Source: Eledone cirrhosa | Lineage: Eukaryota | Length of the DNA: 64,000 nucleotides | Reading direction: 5' to 3' | NCBI GenBank assembly: GCA_964016885.1 | Contig: OZ024740.1 | Coordinates: 78,244,001 to 78,308,000 of the forward strand | Shown here: positions 11,977 to 26,338 of the stretch, piece by piece | Layout of the letters: the number at the start of each line of letters is the position of its first letter | How positions within the stretch are numbered: the stretch's first letter is position 1 | Position numbers and translations under genes: made by a program | Notes under the pieces: model-generated | What the model saw: only the letters and a program-made list of their open reading frames with translations | What the model was told of the DNA's origin: nothing | Database searches by the model: none

Positions 11977-14900
11977 TAATTGCTTGACCATCAGGTTTAC
12001 ATATAATCAGTAACTTGCAACATCAATTCTCATCCCTCTCTCTACCTCTCTTCTTGAATTATGTTCTCTCTGTCTTGTCCTTTACCCTTCTCAGAACCCC
12101 CATGCATTTTAGTGGCTTCATTGCCTTGTCACCCGAAATCGAATATCCTAACCACTAAGCCGTGCTACAATACAAAATTGAAAGACGGGCAGAAGAAAAG
12201 AGCGTTTAGACGGACAATGAAAAAAAACCTATGTGATTGGTTATCTGTCACCCTTTCCCTCTGTACATTAATGGAAATTTTTTGTTGATATAATGTGTTT
12301 GCATTTCTTTTATTATTTTGGGAATTAAGAAACTCTGAGTTCAAAAACCTCCTTGGGATGCAGATTTCAAAAACCAAATCCGTTTTTCTCCAGGATGCAC
12401 TGTTTTGGAGCCATTCGGTGACATACACATATACATACTCTCATACATACTCTCTCATATATATAGTAAATAATGTGTGTGTCTCTGTTTGTGTTCATAT
12501 CCCATCACTTAGCAGTTTCACAATGAAGGGGTTGATAAAATAAATACTTGGGTTGATATGGTTGGCTTAATCAACATTCACAACATTCTAAAATGGACCC
12601 TCAATTCCAGGAACATTTTTTATAAACCCTATCTTCTAAATCTGAGGTGGTTTATTATTGAAAAATGGGGAAGCAATGTCATCCATTGCCTCCCTCTTGT
12701 CACCTGGTGATGGGGTTCGATTTTACAGCATGGTGGGGATAGGGTGAATTTTAACACGCCACCACCACTATGAAGGCCACTGTTCATTCCTTTATATTGT
12801 CATTTAAATGTTTGCTGGATGGATGTCCCCCCCTAACATAACTAGTGTACAGCATGGACTGGGTGCATTATTGTCATTTTAAATATGTTTTACATGCAGG
12901 CATGGGTTGGACAGGTTTCAGTTTTGTTCTTGCATACCATATATTGACATGGCTTTTACAGCTAAATGTCCTTTCTAATGACAACCACTTTATAGAGTGT
13001 GAGTGTGTGTGTATGTACAGGTATGATTTCCTTGTGTTTTGAACACTGCAATGCTAGTCTTACAGTGGTCTCATTCTATAATTTAACCCTTTTGATACTA
13101 AACCTACTGAAACTACCCCTGGTTCTATGATGCAAAACTGTTTTAAAGTATTTATATCTATCTAAAAAGCTTTCATCATAATTTTATGTGACAACCTTTA
13201 TGTACCAAACACCAGCTTAATAATGAGATGGTTAGTTATATTACTAAATTCCTCCAAAATGATTGGTGACAAAAGGGTTGATAAAAAGAATATTATGGAT
13301 TAAATGGGAGGAGGAAGAGCAATGCTGAAGACTTTTTCCAGAGGCTAATGTTTGTAACAGAGCCAACACTGGTAAATGTAGCTGAACTGGGCAGTAGCTT
13401 AACCCTTTCATTATATTTCTAATGAAAGATACACTGATTTTCAAATATTTTTTTAAGTAATCGAGGATTTGTAAGGATTTAGTAATATAACTAACTTTCT
13501 CTTATTAAGTTGGTATTTGGACATAGCTTAACAAAAGTTCTTACATAAAATTTAGATGATAGGTTTTTGCTATTTGAATACAAACAGTTTTATATCATAG
13601 AACCAGGGCAGTTTCACATGATTTGGTGTCAAAAGGGTGAATAGAAACATATAATAAAAAGTCAACATTACTCCTTTTATATAATAAGAATGAAAAGATA
13701 TGCCTTGGTAGAGTTATAGCATTCTGTTGTTGAGTAATCCACTGCCCTGGTAGGGACTTTATTTTATTGACCCCTAAAAGATGAGAGGTTAACTTTACCT
13801 TTCCTTTTTTCAGTGGGTGGTGAAGTGGCAGAGTTATTAGAATGTTAGATGAGACACCTTGCTGTATAGGTTCCAGCTCTTGGTGTTCTAGGTTCAAATC
13901 TCACTATAGCCTACTTAGTTAGCAAACTGAATCTGTCACCTGGTTTAACACAGTCATCTAATCTTTGCATGCCTTTAGAAAAGTTTCCTCTTTTCCTCGC
14001 TCCAGCTTCGGAGACCCTGAAAAGAGTCATAATTAATGCTCTCCCTCCCTGACTAAACAGCAAAAAGAAGTAAAACAAAAATCCTACTAAGTTTACTTCT
14101 CTGACAATTTAAGGCCGATCAAGAACCTATTATCAGCAGCATCTATTCCATCTAATTGATTTTTGTTTGTGGCTGAGCAATGTTCTACCGAGTCTAACAA
14201 AACATTAAAATAGTTTGCTTAACGGCTTAACGACTTGCTGTCCACTAATTTAACAACTGACCTTCAGGTTCTGTTTGATCATGTCGACATTCCGTAGATT
14301 TGAAGGCCATGATTTGATTCCAGTCAAGCTTCTGTTGATAAAGCCCATCTAACTTGTCTTTAAATGGTCCTAATCAATGGCTTAGTGGCTTTGGTAAATA
14401 TTGCTTTAAGATTCCTTGCCAACTCTTGTGTGTGTTTAAGCACTGCAAATATTGCATGTCTCTGTGTGGATGTGTCTTTGTTTGTGTGTGTGTGTCTGTC
14501 TGTTTCAATGTCTGTATGTATGTTTTGTTATGTGTGTGTCTATTTCACTGTTTGTTTGTATATATGTATGTTTTGTTATTTGTGTGTGTGTGTATGTGTA
14601 AGGTTCAACAAAGATATGTTATTGATTCTTACTGTGTAGTGATTGTATGCCACTGGTTGTGTATGGTTGCACATGTCTTTGTAAGAGGATATACTTGTGA
14701 AAGTATGCTTGTCTGTGAAGCAATATATATATGTATTGTTAGTATACTTCTGTGTGTGTGTGTATATGTTTGTAAATGACTGTGCTTATACAGTATGTGT
14801 TTGTGAAGTGATGTGTATATTTTTATGTATATGCATGCATGTATGTTTACATGGGTGGATGTATAGTGGTATGGGCATTTGTGTATCTTTAGGTAATGTA

Positions 14901-16417
14901 TAAGTATGGTATCAGTGTATGATATATAATTTAGATGTATAGGACACACACACTCACTCACACATGCACATATACTTAATCTCACACATACACACACACA
15001 CTGGCTCACATACACACAAACATACATACAAGAAACCAAACAAATATTTATACAAATACATGCTTAAAGACATACAAGACAAGTAGACACATTGATTGTA
15101 CAAAACATAAACACACACAGATAGGACATAAATACACACACCCATACTGATTATACAAAGGACGCGGGGCAGATGAACACATAAATGCACTCTTACACTC
15201 ATGGTCTTGGACTGTGAAGGCCAGGGACCCACCCCTCCTCCTAGATCAAATACGTTTAGAAAACAAAAAAAAAAACATATACATTTATCCACACACGCGT
15301 ACACACATTCATTCTAACTGGTATTCTATATTTGTTTTGTAAATGTATATGCATGTATAGTTTGTTGCTGTACTTATTTGCTGTTGTTAGAGGAAGAGAT
15401 TAGATCAATATTTATGATGATGATGATATATACATACATACATGTGTATATTATTCTGACAAACATACGTACCTGTAGGGTTCTATGCTCATGTATTAGA
15501 ATTGTTTCTTTTATCTTACCCATACACATACACTAATCATCTTCATTTGCATTACTTTTTCTCTGCTAGCAAGGGTTGCACAGGTCGCCACAGACCAGTC
15601 AGTAGAGCTACTGACCTCTCGTGTGTGTGTGTGGGGGGGGGGGGGGGGGGGGCTGAATCTTGCTAAGTGCATTTTATTGTGCCAGCAGCACTAGGGAGGT
15701 TATCGTGTCTTTGATACAGTTGAAGAGTCTTCCCTGCCCTTTTGATACAGTTGTAGAGCCTTCCCTGCCCATGACTGGATGCCCTTCCTGTCACCAACCA
15801 CTTTACAGAATGTTCTGGGTGCATCTATCATGTTGATCCCCAACACTAAGGGCTTGTTGTGTCTTTGATATAATGGAAGAGTCCTCTTGATGTCATTCAG
15901 TTCAATGACTTGAATACAATTTTATAGAAATCTTATAATGTATGCATGTGTGTGTGAAGGTGTATAGCTTTGTGGTTAGGGTGTTCGGCTTACAATTGTA
16001 AAGTTGTGAGTTTGATTCCTGGCAGCGCATTGTGTCCTTGAGTAAGACACTTTATTCCATTTTGCTCCAGTTCACTCAGCTGGCAAAATTAGATTATTAG
16101 ATCTCCTTAGCCAAGCTTATTTACTTGGTTGGATAGACTGGAATATAGAGGGATACAGGAAAATTAAGCACTGATTATTAGTTGAAAATTCACTCGATAT
16201 GAATATATATGTATTAACAGCTTGACATATTCCTACTTTACCAAACGAATTGTTTGGTAATAATAAATCATACTATATATACTTATGTAAAATAGTTGAC
16301 CCTACGCTTCAAACTATGCCATTCCCCAAAAAATGAAATTGGATTTTTCCATGTATTTCAACTCTAGTTCTTCATGGACAACAGATCAACATTTGTTAAT
16401 CAAGGTGTTATCCTTAA

Positions 16418-16610
16418 CCCTTTACCATTTACATTACTCTATATTTACTATTATATTTTCACAGTAATGGCTTTATTTTACATAATTATCTCACATAATA
16501 TTGAATCTATGATATTATTTATTTTGTGAACAATACCTTAACATTAGTATGAGCAGCTAGTTACAGCTGGTTTATACAGAAAGTGGTGAGAGAATTTAAA
16601 TGCTAAAGGA
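16418..16610. mobile_element. piggyBac-type (TTAA) MITE
   Basis: TTAA|CCCTTTACCATTTA ... TAAATGCTAAAGGA|TTAA, colinear with 45474-45681. Confidence 0.75.
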
Positions 16611-16928
16611 TTAATACATCTTATGATGAGGAAACTAATCTTATTATGTTATTATATTCTGATATACGCACACAGAAGTATTTATAAGAGCTATGCAAAC
16701 TTATTTATGTATTTTGGTTGTACAAAGTTTGTTTTGATACCTAGAAAAATTAGCATTATTGATATCGTATTTTATTGTTTTACTTCTAATCATTTAGGAT
16801 TCTGCTTATTGATATAGTATTTTATATTTAGTGGGAATTTTAGCTCCTGAAAAATACTACCCATACTATCCATCCCATAGATAACCTAAAAATCATCTTT
16901 AAAAAAATTCAGCTTTTACATGAATGTA

Positions 16929-16965
16929 TTTTCTGATGAAGGACTAGCGTCCGAAACGTTAAGAC
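16929..16965 (+). ncRNA. Minimal hammerhead-like motif (PLE type)
   Basis: CTGATGA-A-GGAC-TAGC-GTCC-GAAACGTT with palindromic stem III. A homologous copy lies on - at 39821-39852. Confidence 0.65.
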
Positions 16966-17149
16966 TCTTTTCCTGCTATATCAAACATAAAACTAATAAT
17001 ATATTTCTTCATTGTACTGTATCATTTGTTATTTCTGTTTCATTTTTGCATACATACACATATACACATATATATATATATATATCATTGCTAAAAAGGA
17101 AAATGGATCCTAAATGGTGGATGATAGGAAAAACAAACATTAAATGAGG

Positions 17150-17188
<39 letters not shown>

Positions 17189-17391
17189 GTGTAGGTAACA
17201 CAGTAAAAAGCTCCCAGTCTACAGTGTAAATGTGGTTGGTGTTAGGAAGGGCATCCAGCCGTAGGAAATCTGCCAGATAGTCCTATACGAATGAGACACG
17301 GTCACCTGACCAATCTTGCCTCAAGTGGGACAACTCCCGTCTAACGCACGCTAGCGTGCTAGATAGACGTTAAACGATGATGATATATATA

Positions 17392-17664
17392 TAGTGGAAC
17401 CTTGGTTCACAAACATAATTCGTTCCTGAAGGCCATTCGTCACTTGAAATATTTGTAGATCGAAACTATTTGTCACATACAAAATGTTGAGAGAGAGAAA
17501 CTGTGTGTGAAAGACAGATAGGTATCACCATAGTAACTAACTACACAGCAAGTGACACTTTCCCTGCAGGTACTCCCAGCTTGTGTGTTCATTACTCAAG
17601 ACACCGCTCATCGCCCATTACGTTTTATGTTTCAAAAGATTGTTTGTGAGCCAAGGTTCCACTG
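17392..17664. mobile_element. pogo/Tigger-type MITE
   Basis: TA|TAGTGGAACCTTGGTTCACAAACA ... TGTTTGTGAGCCAAGGTTCCACTG|TA. Confidence 0.8.
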
Positions 17665-17944
17665 TATATACGTGTATATATATACCCATGCTAGCGTTAA
17701 ACGATGATGATGATCATCATATATATATATGAAAGTATGTATACTGGTTGGCTGCTTAATACAAAGCTTGACCACTTCAGTGTACATGATGCTCAGAGAA
17801 AGACTTAGATAGATAGATAGATAAGTTGACTGATAGATAGATAACAGATTGATAGATAAGTAGAGAGATAGCTAGATAGGTAATTGTGATGTTTATTATG
17901 CTATGTCTACTAAAAATTCATGTCAATATATCCAACCATTGCAG

Positions 17945-18064
17945 ATTATTCCAACAACCACATCTTGCCATTAACGCCAGGAACCACCCAAAAAGTGTCC
18001 CAGGCTCTCTTTGCTAGTTTTAAAAGTTTTGAGAAGGAACAACAACGATTAAATATCCCACGTG
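17945..18064 (+). CDS. ets1/2: ETS1/ETS2/pointed-like transcription factor, first identified coding exon (MAPK site, start of PNT domain); upstream exon(s) not located
   Basis: cag|ATTATT...CGTG|gtaggt, 120 nt, phase 1/1. Encodes ILPLTPGTTQKVSQALFASFKSFEKEQQRLNIPR, matching the Ets1 T38 / Pointed-P2 PLTP region. Confidence 0.92.
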
Positions 18065-18270
18065 GTAGGTACTCCATGCTTCTTTCTTTCTTTCTTTCTT
18101 TATATAGTGGATGTTGTTGTTGTTGTTGTTCTTGTTGCTGTAAATGCATGTTTTGTGACTGGTTTTATCTGTGTTTGTATGAGTGTGCGTGTGTATATGT
18201 CTTATCTGTATGCAGGGTTTTTCATTTTTTGTTTATTTAATTAGTATAGCAAGTGTTTAGGTGTCTCTTA

Positions 18271-18301
<31 letters not shown>

Positions 18302-19069
18302 AATATATATACACACACACACAAAAATGAAATATATTATTTGTATATATAAATAAACAAAAAATGAAAAAGCCACATATATACATGGATACATGTATGT
18401 GTTGTGTGCGTGTGTGTATGTTTTTATCATACACTGATTTATTTGGACTAGTGTCGTTATAGTCACAACTTTTCAGCTGTTGTATTCTCTAGCCTTTTTC
18501 TGGTACCTGTTGCATTCATTAAGATTCTTGGAATTTTGAACTTAACCCTTTATTCAAACCTCTGGGGTATATTGTTCTTGTTCCATAGTCCATCTCCGAG
18601 ATATCCTCGTATTAGATAATTAGTTACTTGTGATGTCATAATGCCTGTCCTGATTAAACTACAGCATATATAGATACACTAGCAGGTAAACTAATGCACT
18701 TAACATTTAACCAATTATTATATTGACCATGTTGTTGTCCAGGCCAGCATGGAAAGTGGACATAAAAATGATGGTTTGGTTTCAAATTCCAAGAACATTA
18801 CCGAATGAATTTGAGAGCCACCTGAAGATGGCTGGAGGGTATAATAGCTGATATTGTGGTTGTAACTTTCCAAGATGAGGTTATATGTCGGAATAAATCA
18901 GTGTATAATACTGTCAGTTCCTCATCTCAGAATTACAGACAAAATCTTATATTTTTGTCTGTCTGTACAGGTGTATATGTCTGTTCACCTGTGTGTGCGT
19001 GTGTGTGTTGATGCCATTACTCTCTGATCCAGAATTCTTAACAACCAAGTACACTGATGTATTCTTTAG

Positions 19070-19270
19070 ATCCTGTACAGTGGAACAAAATCAATGTGAT
19101 GCAATGGTTGGAATGGGTCAGACAAGAATACGCCCTCAATGGCATTCGAACCGATCGTTTCAACATGTCGGGTAAAGAAATGTGCCAACTCGGTAAAGAT
19201 GCTTTTCTGGAAAGAGCGCCACCGTATGTGGGCGATATACTGTGGGAACACTTGGAAGTAATGAAAAGGG
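19070..19270 (+). CDS. ets1/2: ETS1/2/pointed exon: PNT (SAM) domain
   Basis: tag|ATCCT...AGGG|gtaaga, 201 nt. Encodes DPVQWNKINVMQWLEWVRQEYAL...MSGKEMCQLGKDAFLERAPPYVGDILWEHLEVM, a typical PNT domain. Confidence 0.95.
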
Positions 19271-20291
19271 GTAAGAATTCAACCTATTTTACTTCATCCA
19301 AGACATTATCCCTTAAATATTCAATAACCTAAATTTGATTCCATGTCTGGCTAATATCAGTAACTTCTAATACTAAACACTAATACTGTTAAATCTCTGT
19401 GAAATAAAAACCCAGGGGTCCCCAACCATTTTTTATTTTTATCCTGTTTAACTCATGGTAAGGTTTCAAAAGTCAATTTACCTCCGTCCTGTTTTGTTTA
19501 GTAAGGAGTAAGACACGTCATCTGACTCAACTTGCCTTAAATGGGACAACCTGTCAAACCCATGCTAGCGTGGAAAATGGGTGTTAAACAATGATAATAA
19601 TAATGATAATGATGATGATGATGATCACTACCATAATACTCAGCAACCAAAAAAAGGGAAAAATTTGAAATAATGCTTTTTAACATAATTTTAGGTTGAA
19701 ATAACAATAAAAGCACAAAACATTATTTCTCACAACTAATTGTGAACCGATACTGGTACAAGAACCATATTAATTTGTACTTATAAAGTATAAAATACAA
19801 ATCTTTAACTCCTAAATGGTAGAAAGAACACAAATTAATATTTTAATAAACAAAATAGAAATAGGCCAGCTAATTTCAAGTTTGCTTTTAATTATAATTG
19901 CATCCATAATCAGCAAATTTCCTTCAGGTTGAAAACCCTTGTCTTATTATAGTTTGAGGACCAACATCAAACCCTGTAGATCTCCTTTTACCATCTTTTT
20001 ATATGCTTCATGTTTGTTACTGATGTATGTCAATTTTTATATTGTCTCTGTGGTTGTTTTTTTTAAATTTAAACCTTAAGCTATTAATACTGTGTTTGTG
20101 TGTATGGCACCTTGGTCATGTGTGTTCTATTATAGCCTTGGGTTGACCAATACCTTGTGAGTGAAATTTAGATAAGAAACTGTTTGAAAACTTGTGTGTG
20201 TGTTTGTCTTGGTGTTGACACTGTTTCTTTGCGTACCTCAAAAAATTGCCCCACAATTTAACTGTTTGATGTGCAAGATTAGTTGAATGAT

Positions 20292-20437
20292 TACTACCAC
20301 AAAAAGACATCTGGTGATAGAGTACTGCCACAAGAGGACATCTGGTGATAGAGTACTGCCACAAGAGGACATCTAGCGATAGAGTACTGCCATAAAAGGA
20401 CATCTGGTGATAGAGTACTTCCATAAAAGGACATCTG
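20292..20437. repeat. 31-bp minisatellite, ~4.5 copies
   Basis: Unit GGACATCTGGTGATAGAGTACTGCCACAAGA. Confidence 0.9.
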
Positions 20438-21755
20438 CTATGTCAGCATGGAAAAGAAGCAGACATAAAAGCAATAATGATGATGATTCAATATTATACT
20501 CACATGAGCTCAAAGTCCTTGTTACTGCATGTGTACATGCAGTCACTCCTATATTTACTCGAACTCACACTCATAACCACTTCCTACAGATGTTCACAGA
20601 ATGTTTGTATATCAAGTATTTGTAAGGTTTGTACAAGAAACAATGGTACTGCGCCTGGCTTCCATCTAACCAACCAAGTTGATATAGATATAGCTTGAAG
20701 ACTTATATGTATAACCTTTTGTATATCACATCAACCTGCAGTCAATAATATGACATGTCATACTTTATGTCACCAGACGTTTTACAATGCATTAGTAGTT
20801 GCTTTTACTACTCTCTGGGTACCACAAGGTCAAGCTAGTCACATGTGGTAGATGGCACACATTGTGACACTTTATCACCCTACATCCCTCTCATCCATAC
20901 CTACTCTTTCTCTACTCTCCTCTTAATGTCTTATTCTGTGTCCTCATCTCTCATTCTTTCTTCCCTCAGTTCCTCAACTCCACCCTCCCTCTCTTTCCCC
21001 CTCCCCCTCTCTCAACATAGAAAAAGAGATCCTTTATCATCATGTCCTTATCAATAATACCTCAGTGAAGTACTAGAACTATTTTATCAAACACTTTCAT
21101 ATACTGCCTCTTCACACTCAGCCCATTGCCAGTAAATCACACACACAAACAGTTGCATGCATCCATGCAAATAAAAAGAAGAGAAAGAAGTATTTATTTT
21201 CAGATATTCAGCAATTGTAAGGGAAAGTAAGTCAATTATATCAACCCCAGTATTTAACTGTGGAGACACGTGACCTAGTGGTAAGGGTGTTGGACACAAT
21301 CATAATGTCGTGAGTTCAATTCCTGGACTCGATTGTGTGTTGTATTATAGTTTTCTCAACAAACTACCAAAACACACATCTATTTGTATATGCGCTACAA
21401 TTTATGTACATCATCATCATCATCATCATCATTTTACATCCGCTTTTCTCTGCTTGCAAGGGTGGAACGTTAGGTTGCTTAATTTTATGAGTTTACACAG
21501 GAAGTTGTAAAGGGGGGTTAATAACAAAGGGAGGTAATTAAGGTTGTTGATAAATTAAGGGTTGTTTTATTATTGTAGTAGTGTTATAGAGTATATAAAA
21601 TATTATTGGTTATATAATTATCTTTTAAACTTGTGTGGAGGGAGTTAAAAACATTTTAAAAATTATTTTATTACAACTAGATAGTTTTTACATAATTAGT
21701 ATATTTATATATAATATAAGGTATATATATATATATGTGTGAGAATGTATATATA

Positions 21756-22091
21756 TCATCATCGTTTCATTTTATGTCCACTTTTCCCTGCTTGCAAGGG
21801 TGGGACGAGAACTGATTCTGGCTTGATTTCTACAGCTGGATGCCCTTCCTAACACCAACCTCATTTACTGTGAGTGCTGGGTGCTTTTTTGCCGTGGCAC
21901 CTCCACGACCACTTTGCAGTGGAATGATAGGGACTCCAGTCCTTTCATCTCATTTCTACAGCTGAGTAAACTGGAGCAATGTGAAATAAAGTGTCTTGCT
22001 CAAGGAAACAACACATCACCCGGTCTGAGAATTGAACTCACAACCTTTTGATTGCAAGCCCAATGCTCTAACCACTAAGCCATGTGCCTCC
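21756..22091 (-). mobile_element. SINE family A, full length
   Basis: Reverse complement of 32498-32835, with a (GAT)n tail. Confidence 0.88.
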
Positions 22092-22328
22092 ATGTTATGT
22101 TTATCGCATATCTTGGTTGATATTTGATAACAGCTAAACTAATCATTGCAACTAAATTGACCAAATTTGTCCCCCAGCCCCACCCCTTCCTTCAGAAATG
22201 CTTCCACCGCCCCCGTATATATATATATATATATATTTATAATGTAACAATTATAAAATTAATCGTTCTGTCGGATTAAAGAAAAAATAATCCTTTAGAT
22301 ATACTTCTTTGCATTTTCACCTAAGCTT

Positions 22329-22361
<33 letters not shown>

Positions 22362-23410
22362 ATATAAGAGCTGTGATCGGTACTACAGCATGGCCTTGGC
22401 TGTGGTGGCAAAAAACAAACAAAATATATGTGCGTAATAACAGCCCCCCACACACACACTTAATCCGTACGCTACCCACACCATGCCTCTCCTCGCACCA
22501 GGAAGTGCGGAGATATCGGTTACATCACTTCAAGTGTGCTCTTAGTTAAAAGCAAGAATTCTTAGGAGTCACTAAGTAATTAGCATTGATAGCAGCACCA
22601 ACTACCATTATTTCATCAGTTATGTTGATTGATGATCGTCACATATATGGTTGCAGTGCACATTTAAGGCCTTTTGCCTTTTGTGAAACCCCCGTCTTGA
22701 ATGGAAATTAGGTTCGCCCCATTAATAATTCAGCAAAGCTATCATCATCAGTATCATCATCATCATCGTTATGCATCTGTTTTTCATGTTGGTATGAGTT
22801 TGATGGACTATCATGGGCAAACTACACCCAGTTTGGATTTCTGAATGCCATGCCTTATTTCAATATTACCTTGAATTTCTTAGTAGTGTGGTCTGCCTTA
22901 TGATGAGTCACACCCTATGTGGCCCACTGCTCAAAAAAGGTTGCTCATGCCTCGTCTAGAACTAGACAAGTCCTCGTGGTCTGAGACTAGATGAATCAGA
23001 AGTCCTCAATTCCTCAGCTGGAAGAAAGAGTCCTCTTTACTCTGCGTTGCCTCACTTTGTTTGTCGAATAATTTACTGGCGGTACTGAATATACCGTTGT
23101 GGCCACCAATGCTAGAGAAGAGAGGCTGTCTCATCTAAAGGCTGAAAAGGATAGGGGTAACATTCTATCTACAACTCTCTCTTTCTCTCTCCCATAATTT
23201 GTTTTTGTTTTCCACTCTTTAGTAGGGGTGGAGAGAATGTTGAGTGTCAGTAGGGCCTTCATGACTGGTGAGACAGTGAGGAACATATACTCAAACCAGT
23301 GACTTGGTCTGATTGCTTGCAACAAATCAGACTCCACTAAAGGCATCAATGGGCCAAATGGTTGCATTAAATTAAGTAATGGATTAAGTCTACCACCCTA
23401 GTAAATTATG

Positions 23411-23463
<53 letters not shown>

Positions 23464-24590
23464 TTATCATTAAAGCTAAAATATGAGTCTTGTTACTCTG
23501 GAGTTTTGCCTATTTGTCATCAGACAAGAACTACACCAAGTCACTTATCTACCACATACGGATATATATGAATATATATATATACAGCTTAAAATATTCC
23601 TATGAGACTTAGATGTTTATACATCATATACTGTGTCATTTGCTTTGTTATCTCTGTTCATACATAATTATCAAAATGCTGGGTGATTTGAAAATGTGGG
23701 AATCCCTGATGCAGAAAATAATTGCAACAACAATCAATAAATAAATTGTTTTCAGTCTTTATGGCTATTTTACACGATTTTCTATGCTATTATTTACAGT
23801 TATCTTCTGCATTTGGGATTCCCACATTGTCATGTGAATGTGTGTGTGTACGTGTGTATTTCTCCACACTGGTGGGTAGGCTTGTGATACATAACTATCT
23901 TTCACACTGTTCAAGTGTGTTGTCACTTACTGTAGACACCACCACCACCCATCTGACCAGTGTCCAGTGTGCATAATGAACACATTTTGTTAATCAGTTA
24001 GTACTAGTTATGTGTGGGGTGAGGGCTGTATGAAAACTTTACATCAGTCAACACCAGATGGAGCTGGGGGTTGTGTGCAACTTCCTATTTCTCTCACTTG
24101 TACTGGTGCAATGTTTCTTTTTTTTTTCTCTCTGAACTTCCAAAGTGCTTGGTGTACTTAATGAACTGGTTGACCCATCTAATATTAACCCCCACCATCA
24201 CCACCATCCCTGTACCAACACTCAACCTCCTGTCTATTCCATGTCCTTCTTTTGCCTTCTGGTTATACACACCAGTGGCTATGAAATAAAATGTCCTTTA
24301 ATACAATTTAATTTAAAAAAAAATTTTCTTGCAAATATATTCATAATTTCCCTCAGCAAAACGATATTTTGTTTCATTTAATGTCATTAAAATTAAGGTT
24401 GTGGCGATTGTCTGTAAAATATAGTAATTATATAGTAATAGGTTCTGTGGTGGGTTTTTTTTTTTTTTCTTTAATCCTATAAGAGTTCTATGACAAAATA
24501 AGTTTGAGAACGACTGGTGTAAATAAATGATATGATGTTAGAAATCAGTATATTTATATATAAATATATCTACTCTTGGGGCTCAAATAT

Positions 24591-24780
24591 TGTTTCTACT
24601 TTTGGCTCAAGGCCAGCAATTATCCCAGTGTATTACTGGTACTTTATTTTATCGACCCTTTAAGGATGAAAGGCAAAGTTGACCTCAGCGGGATTTGAAC
24701 TCAGAATGGCAAGGGCCGTAACTGTATTATGCATCAAAGCATGGCGTCCGACCCTCTACCGATACTGCCAACCCACCGCC
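24591..24780 (-). mobile_element. SINE family B
   Basis: Reverse complement of 9760-9945. Confidence 0.85.
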
Positions 24781-25230
24781 TCAAATAATGCCCCCTCCAC
24801 TGCTTATTAATTTTTCAGACCTCCCTCCTCGCTTTTATTCCACCTTCCCTCTGCTTATTAAATCTTGCTAATCTATCTCCATTAAAATTTTATTGTAAGT
24901 GGTAGCATTCCTACAACAATTAATTTTCTTTATACTTTAGCATTTAAATTAGCTGTATTTGGCCAGAATTTTCTCACCTCATTTTGTTCAAACTGGCTGT
25001 AACTGGCCGCTCACACTATTGTTTTCAAAATAAATAATATCAAAATCTCATAGATTCAATATTATGTGAGGTAAAGCCTTCACCATGAAAATATAATAGT
25101 ATATATACAGTAATGTAAATGCTAAAGAGTTAAAAAATATTATACATGCCAAAAATGTATATGACTAGAAATCCCATATGTTATAAAATAAATAAGATGG
25201 GTTGGCGTCTCATTATGTAAACTAAACAAT

Positions 25231-25412
25231 GGTAGATTGGCAGTATCAGTGGAGAGTCGGACGCCATGCTTTCCAGCATAGTTACGCCCCTCTATGGTCT
25301 GAGTTCAAATCACGCCGAGGTTAACTTTGCCTTTCATCCTTACGGGGTCGATAAAATAAAGTACCACTAATGCACTGGATAATTGCTGGCCTTGTGCCAA
25401 AAGTAAAAACAA
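25231..25412 (+). mobile_element. SINE family B
   Basis: Same boxes. TSD ATTATGTAAACTAAACAA. Confidence 0.85.
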
Positions 25413-25848
25413 TTATGTAAACTAAACAACTAATTCTGGATTTTTAAATCAATGAAGACAACCTAGAAAAATTACTGATTCCCACCGCCCTTATCCCCCC
25501 CCCCCCTATTATTTGGGACCCAAAAGTACTTCTTGTAAGGGAAAGAGGTGGTTAATTTTGAAATTTTGTAGTTGCTGTTTTGTTTCTATATTCTACAAAT
25601 CTCCAAGAGCTGCGATGAAGACTTTTTCCCTTTTTGTTGTTATTGTTCTTGTGTTTATTAGTAGAACTTAATTTGGTTGTTGCTTTTCACTAGTGACACA
25701 GTTTTGGTGTTTTTGTTTTGTTAGTTTGTATGTTTATTAGTTTATTCTATTTACTGGACACTTGGGATGGGCATGACATTAGCATTTCTAGACACACACT
25801 CTGAGACATCCATACTTCTATACACACACACTGAGATATTCATATATC

Positions 25849-25882
<34 letters not shown>

Positions 25883-25964
25883 CACTTCTACACACATGAA
25901 ATGTCACACAAGTGTAAGTATAAAATGTTAGCAATGATAGAAGTTTGATTTAGATATCTAATCA

Positions 25965-26245
25965 GGCTCTACTGAGGGCTACCTCAGTTTTAATGAAGCA
26001 AGGTAAATTCATTTAGTATGGGTTACCTCAACTTTAGGGCTACCTCACATTTAATGAAGCAAGATAAACTCACTGCTAGTCTGAGCAACACTTGGTGTGG
26101 GCTACCTCAGTTTAATGAAGCATGGTAAACTCGTTGCTTATCTGAGCAGTAGCTACTGCCGGTTGTTTTTATATACTGGAAAGGTGGGTAAAGAGATATT
26201 ACTGTTTAGTGTGGGCTACTTCAGTTTTAGTTGAGGTTGGTAAGA
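25965..26245. repeat. Degenerate ~60-bp tandem repeat
   Basis: Recurrent GGGCTACCTCAGTTTTAATGAAGCAAGGTAAA. Confidence 0.7.
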
Positions 26246-26338
26246 ATACATTTAAAACTGTATTTTATTAGATTTAATATGGATAATTATATATTTATAT
26301 TGTTTACTCTGTGTGTGTTCTCCATATCCACTGTTCAG

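Noticed and set aside
14268-14393. Possible upstream ETS coding exon (cag|GTTCTG..TTTG|gtaaat)
   Set aside because: The phase-1 frame has a stop at 14339 and no ATG after it. It could be a UTR exon, but this is unsupported.
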